Shown here piece by piece: positions 9,501 through 19,979 of a stretch of 64,000 nt of DNA (within the stretch, counting starts at the first letter, position 1; each line of letters begins with the position of its first letter). The notes under the pieces are model-generated. The model was not told the origin of the DNA. It did no database searches and saw only the letters and a program-made list of their open reading frames with translations. The position numbers were made by a program, and so were the translations under genes. Source of the DNA: a bacterium (lineage in GTDB: Bacteria; UBA8248); contig OZ253442.1 of the NCBI GenBank assembly GCA_965261085.1, positions 3,648,001-3,712,000 of the forward strand, read 5' to 3'.

Positions 9501-9750
9501 CCTAACTCTCCCTCATCCACCGCCCAAACCTTGACGAGGGTGTGAAACTCCCCGTTTTCCCCGAACCGGTCGATTCGCTCGGGCAAGGCCGCCATCATAG
9601 TGCGATCGAATCGCTGCCCCACCCGCACGACGCCGTGCGCCTCCTCCGTCACCGCCGAGACCTCACAGAGCACGCCGCTCGCCTCCAAGTCGCCCATCAG
9701 CGCCTCATAGGGCGCGCCCCAGAGCGGAAAGTGAAGCGATGCGCCGTCCC
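9497..9750 (-). pseudogene. C-terminal fragment of a diphthine-ammonia-ligase-like (adenine nucleotide alpha-hydrolase) ATP-binding protein
   Basis: FPLWG...VGQRFD...LPERIDRFGENGEFHTLV motif; no N-terminal half or start. Confidence 0.6.
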
Positions 9751-10673
9751 TAGGGGATATCAAGGCGCTCCCAGCCTGTACCCTCATGGCCGAAGGCGAA
9801 GGCTTCAGGATGCAGAATTTCCGCCAGTATCTCTGCGGACTCGACCAGCCTCGGCCCCGGGCGGTTGAAGAACTGGTTGCCGTCCGTGACGAACACGCGT
9901 CCCCTTTGCACGGCTTCCAGGCGCGCCCACTCCGCCCGTTCGGTGAGCGCGGGAAGCTCTTGGCGCGAGCGCGCGATGTCGAAGCCGCACGGCATGAGCA
10001 CGATGGTCTCGGGCGCGGCCTCTTCCAGCGCGGCCCACTCCAGCCATGCGGAGTGCTCTCCCCGGATGCCCAGAACGTCCACACCGCCTGCTATTTCCAC
10101 GAGTTCTGGCACCCAGTTGCCCGCCGCCATCAGCGGGTCGTACCACTCGATACACGCGACCCGGGGTCTGCGGCCTATCTCCTGCGCGCGCTCGGCGACG
10201 GCCGCAAGCCTTCCGCGCAACTCATCGAGCAACGCCTCGCCCCGCTCCCCGACTCCCAGGGCCTCGGCCACCGAGGCGATATCGCGCCAGACGTCTTTTA
10301 GTTCATTGGGTTCGAGCGAGAGAACATCGGGTTTTGAGCGCACCAGCCGGCGAACGGCCGCCTGAACGTCTTGTAAGCTCACCGCACAGAGTTCGCATTG
10401 GGACTGCGTCACCACGAGGTCCGGCGCCAGTTCATCGAGAAGAGCGGTGTCGACGCTGTAGACCGAGACGGCTTCTGCCAGCACCGCCTTCACGCGCTCG
10501 TCAATCTCGCGGCTGGCGCCGTTCGGGTCGAATTTGGGCGCCGTGCAAGGCGGCAGAACGTCGATTCCGGCTGGATAGTCGCACTCGTGCGAACGGCCCA
10601 CCAGACGCTCGCCGCAGCCTAAGGCGTGGATGATTTCGGTGCTGCTGGGCAAAAGCGATACGACGCGGTTCAA
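9750..10673 (-). CDS. BtuF-like cobalamin/iron periplasmic-binding-fold protein
   Basis: RVVSLLPSSTEI, GRSHECDYP, FNRPGPRLVES; GGAGG upstream of TTG at 10673. Confidence 0.85.
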   Translation of the reverse strand: MNRVVSLLPSSTEIIHALGCGERLVGRSHECDYPAGIDVLPPCTAPKFDPNGASREIDERVKAVLAEAVSVYSVDTALLDELAPDLVVTQSQCELCAVSLQDVQAAVRRLVRSKPDVLSLEPNELKDVWRDIASVAEALGVGERGEALLDELRGRLAAVAERAQEIGRRPRVACIEWYDPLMAAGNWVPELVEIAGGVDVLGIRGEHSAWLEWAALEEAAPETIVLMPCGFDIARSRQELPALTERAEWARLEAVQRGRVFVTDGNQFFNRPGPRLVESAEILAEILHPEAFAFGHEGTGWERLDIP

Positions 10674-10874
10674 GGACCCGCCTCCACATCTGATGAAGTT
10701 CGACCGCACGAACCTTAGCATATATCAACATGAACATGCGGCGCAGGCGCGATACGCTTTCAGGCGTGAGGGCACGCCGTGTGCGAGCGATTTGACGCCT
10801 TTGCTCCGCTTGGGCATATATTCATGGCGTTCCCAGCGGGAAACCTCACAGCGAAACCACAGGGCGCATGCGAA

Positions 10875-11702
10875 ATGAGAGCAATAGAGAAAACCGGCGC
10901 ACATCATGTCGCGGCGCGCTTTATTTTCCCCCTCCTCATCCTTCTGATCTTTACGGCTCCGGCGGCGGGAGAGCGACAGGGCAAACGCGATGAGACCGTT
11001 CCCTCCCCTCCCATCATCAAAGTGCTTCCCGATACGAAAGACGGCCGGGCGATGGTGTTCGTGCCGGGGGGCCGCTTCACGCAAGGCTCATACGACGGCA
11101 ACCCTCAGGAGCTTCCCGTGCGAAAGGTCTTCATCTCCCCGTTCTGGATGGATCGCGATGAGGTGTCCGTCGCCGGTTGGGAGAGGTTCCGAGAGACCAC
11201 GGGCCACCGGGCGTCTAAGTATTCTCGGGACAAAACGCTCCACCGGCCTCATCTGCCGGTCGTGGGCGTCTCCTGGTTCGACGCCGGGGCGTATTGCGCC
11301 TGGGCCGGCAAGCGCCTGCCCACCGAAGCCGAGTGGGAAAAGACGGCGCGCGGCGCGGACGCGAGGCGCTACCCGTGGGGCGATTTTTTCGATCGCGCCC
11401 GCGTGGGCGGTGGCGGCCCCCAGCCCGTGGTCGGCAATCCGGGCGGCGAATCGCCCTATGGCGCGCGTTCGATGGCGGGCGGCGTCTGGGAGTGGACGCA
11501 TGATTTCTGGGGCGAGTTCTATTACCGCGAAGCGCCGCTCAAAGACCCGCAGGGGCCGCCTTCCGGGTTTTTGCACACCATTCGGGGCGGTTCGTGGCGC
11601 GAAGGCCCCGAATACTTGAGGAGTGCGGAGCGTTTTCGCCTCGACGGCATCATCCGCTGGAAAATTCTGGGCTTTCGCTGCGCGAAGAGCGGGGGGAGGT
11701 AG
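10875..11702 (+). CDS. Formylglycine-generating-enzyme (FGE-sulfatase) domain protein
   Basis: PVVGVSWFDA.AYC.WAGKRLPTEAEWEK.ARG, RGGSW, LGFRCA; hydrophobic N-terminus. Confidence 0.9.
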   Translation: MRAIEKTGAHHVAARFIFPLLILLIFTAPAAGERQGKRDETVPSPPIIKVLPDTKDGRAMVFVPGGRFTQGSYDGNPQELPVRKVFISPFWMDRDEVSVAGWERFRETTGHRASKYSRDKTLHRPHLPVVGVSWFDAGAYCAWAGKRLPTEAEWEKTARGADARRYPWGDFFDRARVGGGGPQPVVGNPGGESPYGARSMAGGVWEWTHDFWGEFYYREAPLKDPQGPPSGFLHTIRGGSWREGPEYLRSAERFRLDGIIRWKILGFRCAKSGGR

Positions 11703-11782
11703 CGCCCTCCCCTTGCCGGGTCGCCTCCCCTCTGCTAGTTTTTGGGGCAAATCCATTCATCCTTTTCAGGAGGAAACGCGCG

Positions 11783-12304
11783 ATGGCGGAATTCACCGTA
11801 GCCAATTTCAAGGACGTGTCCGGGGGTCTGCAAGAGGGACAGTTCGCAGTCGGCGAGAGGAAAAAGGCGAGCGGCCTGGCGGACCTGGACCCCATCTACA
11901 GAGATTTGCTCGACAAGCAGATTACCGTCACGCTGGGCCTCATCGGCCCCGACGGGCGGGTGAACATGACGCCCATGTGGTTCGACTACGAGGGCGACAC
12001 GATTCTGGTGAACACGGCCGCGCATCGGGCGAAATGCGGATGGATTCGAAACAACCCGCAGTTGACGATCCTGCTCGTGAACCCCGAAAACCCCTACCAC
12101 TGGATGAGCATCAAGTGCACGGTGGTGAACGAGATAAAAGAGGACGGTCCGGGCGGCGAGAAGGCGACCGAGCAACTCGACCGCATCTGGACGAAATACA
12201 CCGGCGCGGACCCGCCCTATGCGCTCAGAGACCCCGTTATCGACGAGAAACGCGTGCTCTTCGAGTGCCGCGTGGACAGGGTGGCCACGTTCGGACAACC
12301 GTAA
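11783..12304 (+). CDS. Pyridoxamine 5'-phosphate oxidase-like (PPOX) flavin-binding protein
   Basis: AGGAGG RBS; GPDG...TPMWFDY...VNTA.HR.K...IRNNP. Confidence 0.85.
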   Translation: MAEFTVANFKDVSGGLQEGQFAVGERKKASGLADLDPIYRDLLDKQITVTLGLIGPDGRVNMTPMWFDYEGDTILVNTAAHRAKCGWIRNNPQLTILLVNPENPYHWMSIKCTVVNEIKEDGPGGEKATEQLDRIWTKYTGADPPYALRDPVIDEKRVLFECRVDRVATFGQP

Positions 12305-12458
12305 TAGGGAAGGGCGAAGGCAGAGTCATCCGCGCGGACGTTCCCCGTATTCGTGGGTTCGAAGACCGTATATTTACGGTGGGGCAGTCTCGAATACACA
12401 AAGAGAGATTGTCCCAAACGCGATCTCCAAAATCGTGAAACTCTCTAACCTTGCAATT

Positions 12459-12590
12459 ATTCCCCCCTTGAGGGTCAATTCTGACCGAAGAGGGAAGGAT
12501 TGTCGCAGAAGCCGAGCCCTTTGGGCGAAGGCTGATGCGGTGGGGGGACGATTCTAAAATAAGAGTTCCCCCCACCGGTGAGGGAGGGTT
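12459..12590. repeat. REP-like palindromic repeat family A (partial)
   Basis: CCCCCCTTGAGGG...GCAGAAGCCGAGC...GCGAAGGCTGATGCGGTGGGGGG, shared with the copies at 24108, 33293 and 42918. Confidence 0.8.
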
Positions 12591-12600
12591 CGCGGTTTTT

Positions 12601-12673
12601 TGTAGGGGACGCATACATGCGGCCCGCGTCGTGAAGGCGGAAAATCTAGGGTCGCATATATGCGACCCCTACA
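12601..12673. repeat. GTAGGG...CCCTAC REP doublet (RAYT-type REPIN)
   Basis: TGTAGGGGACGCATACATGCGGCCC ... GGGTCGCATATATGCGACCCCTACA; near-identical to 48125-48196. Confidence 0.75.
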
Positions 12674-12708
12674 AGGAACCACATCCTTCCGCCTCGGTCG
12701 GGTTTGAC

Positions 12709-13839
12709 CTACCAGACGCAGCCGCGCGCGGCCACGGGAATCACCGCTTCGAGCACGCCATCCTCCATTCCGCCGCGAACGCCGTGGTAGACATCGTAGA
12801 GGTTGATGGTCGGGTCGCAGTGGCTGGGCTGGAACAGGAGCGTCTCGCCGATTTCAGGACGCCTCGAAGCCGGGGATAATTCCAGCACGCCGTGTTCATC
12901 GGACGCCCGCGCGTGCACGGCGCCCTCGAGTTCCACGCAAGGGGCCAGACCGCTGTCCGAGGCGAGGGCCTTGTGGCCGGCGTCCATCACCACGTGTCCG
13001 GGCCCGGGCGCGCTCACCACGGTCGTCAGCACGAAAAGGCTGGGCTTGAAGTCGTCATAGGTGTCGGAATTCTCGCCGCCGATGCTGCGGTAGTGAGAAT
13101 CCATGAACAGATAGCTGCCCGCCTGAAGCTCGCTCAGTACGCCTGACTCCGCATCCCAGCGCCACGATCCCGTGCCGCCGCCGCTCCTGATCTCCATCGG
13201 AAGCCCTGCGGCCTCGAACGCGGCCACGGTCTCGCGCATCAGCTCGATGGCGCGGGCGTAGACCTCGCGCCGCTCTTTGAATCCATCCACATGCTGGGCT
13301 CTGCCCTGGTAGGCCTGAATACCCTTGAGTTCGAGCCCCTTCGCCGCTTCCACGCGCCGGGCCAGTTCCACCGCCGCAGCCCCCGGCGCCACGCCGCAGC
13401 GCCCCTGGCCCACGTCCACGTCGATGAGCACGCCGATTTCCGCTCCGGCCGCCGTCACGGCTTCTGAAAGCATCGCCACTCCCTGGGGATGATCCACCAC
13501 CACCATCAGGCTCGCATGGCGCGCCAGCGCGGCGAGGCGCCTGAGCTTCGAGACGGCCGTGACCTCGCTGCTCACGAGCACGTCCTCCACCCCGCCCTCC
13601 ACCATCACCTCGGCCTCGCTCACCTTCTGGCAGCACACGCCCACGGCGCCGAGCGCCATCTGCTTTCTCGCGAGCCAGGGACTCTTGTGCGTCTTGGCGT
13701 GGGCGCGGAGCCTGACGCCCGTCCCCGCGAGGCGCTTCGCCATCAACGCGAGGTTCTCCTCCATGACGTCCAGGTCGATGAGCAAGGCGGGCGTTTCGAT
13801 TTCGCGCACAGGCGTTCCGATGCTCTGGCTATGGGGCAT
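12709..13839 (-). CDS. DSD1-family PLP enzyme (D-threonine aldolase / 3-hydroxy-D-aspartate aldolase-like)
   Basis: ETPALLIDL, RAHAKTHKS, CCQKVSEAE, GGGTG, ELQAGSYLFMD, HCDPTINLYD. Confidence 0.9.
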   Translation of the reverse strand: MPHSQSIGTPVREIETPALLIDLDVMEENLALMAKRLAGTGVRLRAHAKTHKSPWLARKQMALGAVGVCCQKVSEAEVMVEGGVEDVLVSSEVTAVSKLRRLAALARHASLMVVVDHPQGVAMLSEAVTAAGAEIGVLIDVDVGQGRCGVAPGAAAVELARRVEAAKGLELKGIQAYQGRAQHVDGFKERREVYARAIELMRETVAAFEAAGLPMEIRSGGGTGSWRWDAESGVLSELQAGSYLFMDSHYRSIGGENSDTYDDFKPSLFVLTTVVSAPGPGHVVMDAGHKALASDSGLAPCVELEGAVHARASDEHGVLELSPASRRPEIGETLLFQPSHCDPTINLYDVYHGVRGGMEDGVLEAVIPVAARGCVW

Positions 13840-13999
13840 GAAAAATCCTCCTCGGGGGGAAATCTTTTTTTCACGAGAACGAAGAATATCACCTGAAAGA
13901 CGCGGCGGGAACCGGCTTGCCCGCCATCCTTTCATGACGCATGATGCGTTTTTATTTTTCACTCAATTTGTCCTACTCGAATTCGGAGGGTTTTTGTTC

Positions 14000-14890
14000 A
14001 TGCGCACGAAGGCGGACGATCTCCTCGAGGGCGCCATCGACGTCCACGCCCACATCTTCCCCCAGGTATTTTTAGAGGAACCCGGGCGCGTGCTGGACCA
14101 TGAATGGGCCGAACTCGCGCGCGACGTCGGCATGCGCGGCTTCGTGATGAAGAGCCACCTGTGGCCCACCATCGCCCAGGCCAGGATTCTGAACGAGGTT
14201 TACCCGGGCGTCACTGCCTTCGGCGCCATCACCCTGAACGCCAACGTGGGCGGGCTTTCGCCCTTTGCCGCGGAAAGCGCGGCGCGCCTCGGCGTGAAAG
14301 TCATCTGGATGCCCACATACTCCGCGGCGAACGACATCGAGGTGGGCGCCTACAGCAAGCGCATCGCGGAGACCTACCAGCAGCCCCCGCCTTCGCAGGG
14401 TCTAACCGTGCTGGACGGAAACGGCGCGGTGCGCCCCGAGGCGGACGCCATACTCGAAATCGCCCGCGATGCGGACGTGGCCGTGGCCACAGGCCACTTG
14501 TCTGCAGAGGAGGGCGTCGCCCTGGCGAGGCGCGCGAAGGAGATCGGGGTCAAAAAATTCATCTTCACCCACCCGATCATCTTCATCGTGAACGCGAGCG
14601 AGGCGCAACTGCGCGAAGTCGCGGACCTGGGCTACATCGTCGAGTTCACGTGGATATCGGCTTTTCCGATGTGGCGCGATCTGGACCCCAAGAAAGTGGC
14701 GGAAACCGCGCGCGCCCTCGGTCCCGAGCGATGCGTGATGAGCACGGACGCGCAACTCGACCTGAATCCCCCGCCGACGGAAATGCTGCGCATGTTCATC
14801 GCCACTATGCTGCGCTTAGGGTTCGAGGAAGAGGAGATTCGCTGGATGGTCCAGCGAAATCCCGCCCGCCTAATGGGTCTCGAAGAATAG
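14000..14890 (+). CDS. DUF6282 family amidohydrolase-fold protein
   Basis: GAIDVHAH, MKSH, IWMPT, ATGHLS, FTHP, STD, NPARL. Confidence 0.8.
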   Translation: MRTKADDLLEGAIDVHAHIFPQVFLEEPGRVLDHEWAELARDVGMRGFVMKSHLWPTIAQARILNEVYPGVTAFGAITLNANVGGLSPFAAESAARLGVKVIWMPTYSAANDIEVGAYSKRIAETYQQPPPSQGLTVLDGNGAVRPEADAILEIARDADVAVATGHLSAEEGVALARRAKEIGVKKFIFTHPIIFIVNASEAQLREVADLGYIVEFTWISAFPMWRDLDPKKVAETARALGPERCVMSTDAQLDLNPPPTEMLRMFIATMLRLGFEEEEIRWMVQRNPARLMGLEE

Positions 14891-15068
14891 AAATCAATCG
14901 CACTACACACCCCGATGGATGATTCGGAAGGGACGTTTCGCTTCGATCCGCCTCATCTCGATTTTTTTCTTGACTCCTCTCCTAAATTCCTTACAAAATC
15001 TTAACATTGCATCGCCGCCTTGGTTGATACCATATCAACAGGTTATTGGGGCGGAGGATCCAATTGGC

Positions 15069-15779
15069 ATGAACCGCAAAAACTCCATTCTCATCGTCGA
15101 GGATGAGAAAAACATCGCATCACTCATCGACAAGTCTTTACGCCGGGAAGGTTTCCACACCATCATTGCTCATGACGGGGAGCGGGCCCTGGAACTCGCG
15201 CGCGAGTACGAGCCGATTTTCGTCGTGCTCGATCTGATGCTCCCGAAGATGAACGGGTGGGAGGTTTGCAGGCGGCTCCGAGAGGAGTCCGACGTTCCCA
15301 TCCTGATCCTCACGGCCAAGGAAGGAGAGGTCGACAAACTTTGCGGCTTCTCGCTGGGCGCCGATGATTATGTCGTCAAGCCCTTCAGTCCGAGGGAACT
15401 CATCGAGCGCGTCAAGGCCATCCTCAGGCGCACGAGAAACGCGTGCATGTGCAGGAAGGCGAAACTCTCTTTCGGCAACCTGCTCCTGGAACCCGAAAAA
15501 CACAAACTCACCCGAAACGGCAAACCCATATCGCTCACCCCTTCGGAATACGTGCTGCTCCAGACGCTCATGAGCTCGCCCGGTCGCGTTTTCTCCCGCC
15601 ATGAACTACTCACCAAGCTCTACCAAACGTCGGACGCCGTAGTCGATCGAGTCGTGGACGTCCACATCGGAAAACTCCGGCAAAAAATCGAGTGTGACCC
15701 CGCCAATCCCCACCTCATCCTCACGACGCGCGGCGTGGGATATTGTTTTACAGACGAGGAAAAGCAAGGAGGCAATTAG
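15069..15779 (+). CDS. OmpR-family response regulator
   Basis: VEDE, LDLMLP, GADDYVVKPFS, DVHIGKLRQKIE, RGVGY. Confidence 0.95.
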   Translation: MNRKNSILIVEDEKNIASLIDKSLRREGFHTIIAHDGERALELAREYEPIFVVLDLMLPKMNGWEVCRRLREESDVPILILTAKEGEVDKLCGFSLGADDYVVKPFSPRELIERVKAILRRTRNACMCRKAKLSFGNLLLEPEKHKLTRNGKPISLTPSEYVLLQTLMSSPGRVFSRHELLTKLYQTSDAVVDRVVDVHIGKLRQKIECDPANPHLILTTRGVGYCFTDEEKQGGN

Positions 15780-15780
15780 C

Positions 15781-16845
15781 ATGAAAAGTCGTCTGCTCTG
15801 GAAACTTCTGTCCATCAACCTGCCAGTCATTGCACTGGTCATTCTCATCGTCTGGTTGTCGATCGATTTCCTCGCCGCCGATTACTTCGCCGCCCTGATG
15901 CGCAAATACAACATCTCGCCCACGGAAACACACCAGATGTTCCTGAACGCCGTTCATCGCTACATCATCAGTACCAGCCTGGTCGCCATCCTCATGGCCT
16001 TCGTCTTGAGTTTCTTCCTCACCAAGAGAATGCTACGCCCACTCTACGCGATGGCCGAAGTGTCCAGAAAAGTATCGCAAGGCGATTTCACCGCGCGCGC
16101 GGATATTTCATCGAGCGACGAGGTCGGCAGGTTCGGGGTGATGTTCAACCAGATGGCCGACAATCTGGAGAAAATCGAAAAACTAAGACAATCCATGCTG
16201 GTGGATATCGCCCATGAGTTGAGAACCCCGCTCACCACGGTGCGTGGATATCTCGAAGGTCTGGCCGACGGTATCATCCCACCCGCCAAAGAGACGTTCT
16301 CCATGTTGAAGGAGGAAATCTTGCGCCTCGTGCGCCTGGTCCAGGATTTTCAAAAACTTACCCTAGCCGAGGCCGCCAAGGTCTATCTCAGGCGAGAGGA
16401 AATTCAGTTGTCGCATCTGGTGAAGCGCGTCATCGAACTCTATCGGCACGATTTCGAAGTCAAAGGCATAAGGGTGAACCTGGATTTCAACGGCGAGCCA
16501 TGCGCAGTGCAGGCGGATCGGGACAAAATTGTCCAGGCTCTGGGAAATATCGTTCAGAATGCATGGCGGTACACGCCCGAGCAAGGGGAGTTCCGCGTCC
16601 GGGCGGAAGGGTGTGGAAAATATGTAAAGATTATTTTTTCAAATACTTGTCATGAGTTCCCGAAAGAAGATGTCGGCCTCATCTTCGAGAGGTTCTACCG
16701 TGTGGAAAAATCTCGTTCCCGCGACAGCGGGGGGGCGGGCATCGGCCTGGCGATAGTGAAAGCTCTCGTCGAGGCGCATGGAGGCGAAGTGGGCGCCTGG
16801 TATGACGAAGACGCCATCCACATCTGGCTCAGCCTCCCCCACTGA
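15781..16845 (+). CDS. HAMP sensor histidine kinase (BaeS-like)
   Basis: Two TM segments, HAMP, HELRTPL, FERFYR..SRSR.SGGAGIGLAIV. Confidence 0.95.
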   Translation: MKSRLLWKLLSINLPVIALVILIVWLSIDFLAADYFAALMRKYNISPTETHQMFLNAVHRYIISTSLVAILMAFVLSFFLTKRMLRPLYAMAEVSRKVSQGDFTARADISSSDEVGRFGVMFNQMADNLEKIEKLRQSMLVDIAHELRTPLTTVRGYLEGLADGIIPPAKETFSMLKEEILRLVRLVQDFQKLTLAEAAKVYLRREEIQLSHLVKRVIELYRHDFEVKGIRVNLDFNGEPCAVQADRDKIVQALGNIVQNAWRYTPEQGEFRVRAEGCGKYVKIIFSNTCHEFPKEDVGLIFERFYRVEKSRSRDSGGAGIGLAIVKALVEAHGGEVGAWYDEDAIHIWLSLPH

Positions 16846-17031
16846 TCTCCTGGTTTGCGATTTTTTGACGTTTTTTCATCAATTCACCATATCTTTTTGG
16901 TATGCTCTTCGAAGCGAACTTGTATAGTGGCATCCGCCGATCATCAAAAAAGCCGCCAGCACAGCTTCATGACCCTCCGGTGAATCAAAAACCGGGAGAG
17001 TTGAAAACACACCCGAAAAAGGAACCAGACC

Positions 17032-17496
17032 ATGCGAAACATCCACAAAGCTCTCATGATCCTCCTTACGGTATCCTTGCTCCCCCTCGTATCGAATTCC
17101 GTGACCGCCGCCGAGCCGACCGTCATCACCCTCACCCAGACGGGATGCCAGTTCACCGAGCCCGAGGGCAAGGACCACGGTTTCAAAACCATGGGGTCGG
17201 CCGATTGCAAAGCGATCAACTCCCAAAGCGGAAAGAAGCGCCTCGCCGAAGCCGAGACCATCACGCTCAAACCAGGCAAGTACATTTTCCGGGTGAAAAA
17301 CAGAGACGTGCCTTACCAACTCGGGTTTTATCTGCGAGGCGCAGGCATCGGACGCCTCACGCTGCCGAAGGTTTCGGGGGGCGGTCTCGTGAAGGGGAAA
17401 TCGAGGGATTACGCCATCACCCTGAAAGAGGGCGATTATTATTATTCATGCCCCCTGAACCCGACGCCAGATTACAGTCTGAAGGTGACGAACTAG
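17032..17496 (+). CDS. Exported cupredoxin-like domain protein
   Basis: Signal peptide; LKPGKYIFRV, G.YYYSCPLNPTPDY. Confidence 0.7.
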   Translation: MRNIHKALMILLTVSLLPLVSNSVTAAEPTVITLTQTGCQFTEPEGKDHGFKTMGSADCKAINSQSGKKRLAEAETITLKPGKYIFRVKNRDVPYQLGFYLRGAGIGRLTLPKVSGGGLVKGKSRDYAITLKEGDYYYSCPLNPTPDYSLKVTN

Positions 17497-17499
17497 ACT

Positions 17500-18897
17500 T
17501 CAGAGCAAACAAGAGACCAAACCGCTTACGTCCTCTCGCGCGTCTATCTCGTTGATCTCTTGAAAGAGCGCGCTTCTCCTGTCCACATCGGGGTGGGAGA
17601 AGCGCGCGCATTTGAGAAACTTCTCCTCAAGTTCGGACTCGTTCATCGGCCTCTCGATCCCGCCGCGCACTTGCGCAACCGTCGTCGAAAGCACCTCTCC
17701 ACTCTTGAGAAAGACCTCCACCCGTACGGGAACCTTGTGTCGTATCGAAGGGTCAATCACCAGCTCCATGCGCGGGACCACTTCGGCCACTCGGGCGTCG
17801 GCAATACCCTCCTCGGTAAAGGCGTCCAGAAACACATTCCCGCGCACCAGGGCGCACGCCATGTGATAGGGCAAGGAGAACTGGCTGTTCACCACGCCGC
17901 TCTCGCCCGGAACGAAGGGGCGGTCGACCAGCCGCGCTATCCACGGGCTGATGTGAGCACGCGCTTTCACCACATCATGAGACGCAATTTTCTTCTCGCT
18001 AATCATCTCCAAAAGGCCGTCGAGCACCCCGTGGCTGGCGCGGCAGCAGGGATACGGCTTGAAGCTCAAGTGTTCGATTTCGTAGCGAAAGCCTAAATCT
18101 CGCGCCAGCGCGTCGTTCGCGTATTCGTGCGAGCCATCGGTTTGACGCACCTCGTCCGGGTCGGTTCGCTCGTTTTTTCTGCCTCCGTAGAGATGAAAGA
18201 AACCGAACCTCCCCTCAAAGACGTCCTTTGCGCCCGTGACCCCGCGCGCCGCCAGTTGCGCCGCCACCACCCCCGCCTGGGCGGCGAAGCCGGCGTGAAG
18301 CCTTTTGGTGTGAGCGCCGTCGACCACCGATTGCAGCGTGCCCGCCGTCTGACTCAGGACGATTCCCAAAGCGTTTCGCACGCCCTCCGCATCAAGCTCC
18401 AACAATTTTGCCGATGCAGCCGCCGCCCCGAAAGCCCCACAAATCCCCGTCAAATGCCATCCGGCGTAGCGCTCCACCGAAAGACCGAGCCGGCACGCCA
18501 GGTCCACGCCCAGGATGAGGGCGGTGAGAAAATCCGCGCCGCTCACGTTTTCAGACTCCGCAAGCGCCAGCGCCGCCGGAACCACGCTCGCGCACGAATG
18601 CACCCCCGCCACGTCGTGCGTGTCGTCAAAATCCCGCGCATGGGCCATCGCGCCATTCGCCAGGGCCGCGAACGGGGCGGGCGCGCGAGTCCCGAAGGCG
18701 GCGACGGCCGATTGCGCCGCCCCTCCCCATTCTTCGATTTGCGCCACTAACTCCCGCACACCCGGGGCGGAGGAGCCGGCCAGGATGCAGCCTAAAGTAT
18801 CGATGAGGGCGCGCTTGGCGGAGGCCTCCACATGTCGGGGGATATCTTCCGCCCTGATATTTGCGATGAATTTTGATATGGGAACCACCGGATCCAT
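17500..18897 (-). CDS. MmgE/PrpD family protein
   Basis: NGAMAHARDFDDTH, GWH, KRLHAG, FKPYPCC. Confidence 0.92.
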   Translation of the reverse strand: MDPVVPISKFIANIRAEDIPRHVEASAKRALIDTLGCILAGSSAPGVRELVAQIEEWGGAAQSAVAAFGTRAPAPFAALANGAMAHARDFDDTHDVAGVHSCASVVPAALALAESENVSGADFLTALILGVDLACRLGLSVERYAGWHLTGICGAFGAAAASAKLLELDAEGVRNALGIVLSQTAGTLQSVVDGAHTKRLHAGFAAQAGVVAAQLAARGVTGAKDVFEGRFGFFHLYGGRKNERTDPDEVRQTDGSHEYANDALARDLGFRYEIEHLSFKPYPCCRASHGVLDGLLEMISEKKIASHDVVKARAHISPWIARLVDRPFVPGESGVVNSQFSLPYHMACALVRGNVFLDAFTEEGIADARVAEVVPRMELVIDPSIRHKVPVRVEVFLKSGEVLSTTVAQVRGGIERPMNESELEEKFLKCARFSHPDVDRRSALFQEINEIDAREDVSGLVSCLL

Positions 18898-19067
18898 ACG
18901 CCATACCCCAACTTGTTGCTTGCATTTTCGCGCATATGCGAAGCCAATGGAAATCCCCGGACCCGGTAGAGCCGCGCGTCCACCTATCTTATAATAATTT
19001 CACTATATCTTTTACGTGGAACATGACCGGGAATCATATACCCATCCACATGAGGCCGCATGGAGAA

Positions 19068-19979
19068 ATGTTCTTGAATCTTCAAAATTCTCCCACCGTC
19101 TGCGTGCTGGGATTCGGCATGGCGGGCAGGCCCATCGCCCGGGGACTGGCGGAAGCAGGCTTAGCCCAGGTTCGCGTGTGGAAAAGACCGCCCTGGCGAC
19201 CGGAACATCTCGACGCCTCCGATCATCCGGCCATCCGGATGACGGAATCCATGGAAGAGGCGGTGGGTGGCGCAGACCTCGTTCTCTCGCTCGTCACGAC
19301 GGAAAGCGCACTGGATACGGCGCGCAGCGCCTCTTCTTTCGTCCGAAACGCCGTGTACCTGGATTTGAACACCACGACTCCCGAGGTGAAGATGGAGATT
19401 GGCCGCGTCATCGAGGCGGGCGGGAGCCAGCCGATTGACGGTGCAATATGCGATCCTGCGGAGGTGTACGGGCACAAAGTCGTCACGTTGATCTCAGGCC
19501 CCGAGGCGCATTCCTTGAGCGAAGCCATGGCTCGCTACGGGATGCAGCTTCAGGTGCTCAGCAAGCGTATGGGAGACGCCTCCGCCCTCAAGGTCGTTCG
19601 CAGCGTATTCACCAAAGGGCTGATGATGACTTTCCTGGAAGCCATCGAGGCGGCGAGGCGCTGCGGGCTCGTGGAGGAAATGCTCGAGTCCATCGCCGGG
19701 ACGGTGGAGGGGCTCTCCCTGAGGGACCTGGCCCTGAGTCTGGCGGGCACGAGCCTCATCGTCGCCGAGAGACGCGCGCAGGAGATGGAAGGCGTCGTCT
19801 CGACTCTCGAATCGCTGGGAGTGGACTCGCACATCAGTTCCGCCGCCCTTGAGAAATTCCGATGGCTCAAGGGGTTTGATTTTCAAAGCGAACTCGGAGG
19901 GGTGCCGCCGGAATCGGTCGAAACCATGCTCCGCGCGCTCGGGAAAATTTTCGACGCCTCCCCGAAACACCCGGGCTGA
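19068..19979 (+). CDS. NAD(P)-dependent oxidoreductase (6PGD/3-hydroxyisobutyrate dehydrogenase family, DUF1932)
   Basis: LGFGMAG, YLDLNT, GDASALKVVRSVFTKG, RRAQEM. Confidence 0.85.
   Translation: MFLNLQNSPTVCVLGFGMAGRPIARGLAEAGLAQVRVWKRPPWRPEHLDASDHPAIRMTESMEEAVGGADLVLSLVTTESALDTARSASSFVRNAVYLDLNTTTPEVKMEIGRVIEAGGSQPIDGAICDPAEVYGHKVVTLISGPEAHSLSEAMARYGMQLQVLSKRMGDASALKVVRSVFTKGLMMTFLEAIEAARRCGLVEEMLESIAGTVEGLSLRDLALSLAGTSLIVAERRAQEMEGVVSTLESLGVDSHISSAALEKFRWLKGFDFQSELGGVPPESVETMLRALGKIFDASPKHPG

Noticed and set aside
10875-11702. FGE/C-lectin-fold gene as a DGR target
   Set aside because: No template repeat or reverse transcriptase seen in the window
14960-15010. Possible OmpR-type direct repeats (TTACAAAATCTTAACA) upstream of the response regulator
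   Set aside because: Too short and degenerate to call without comparative data
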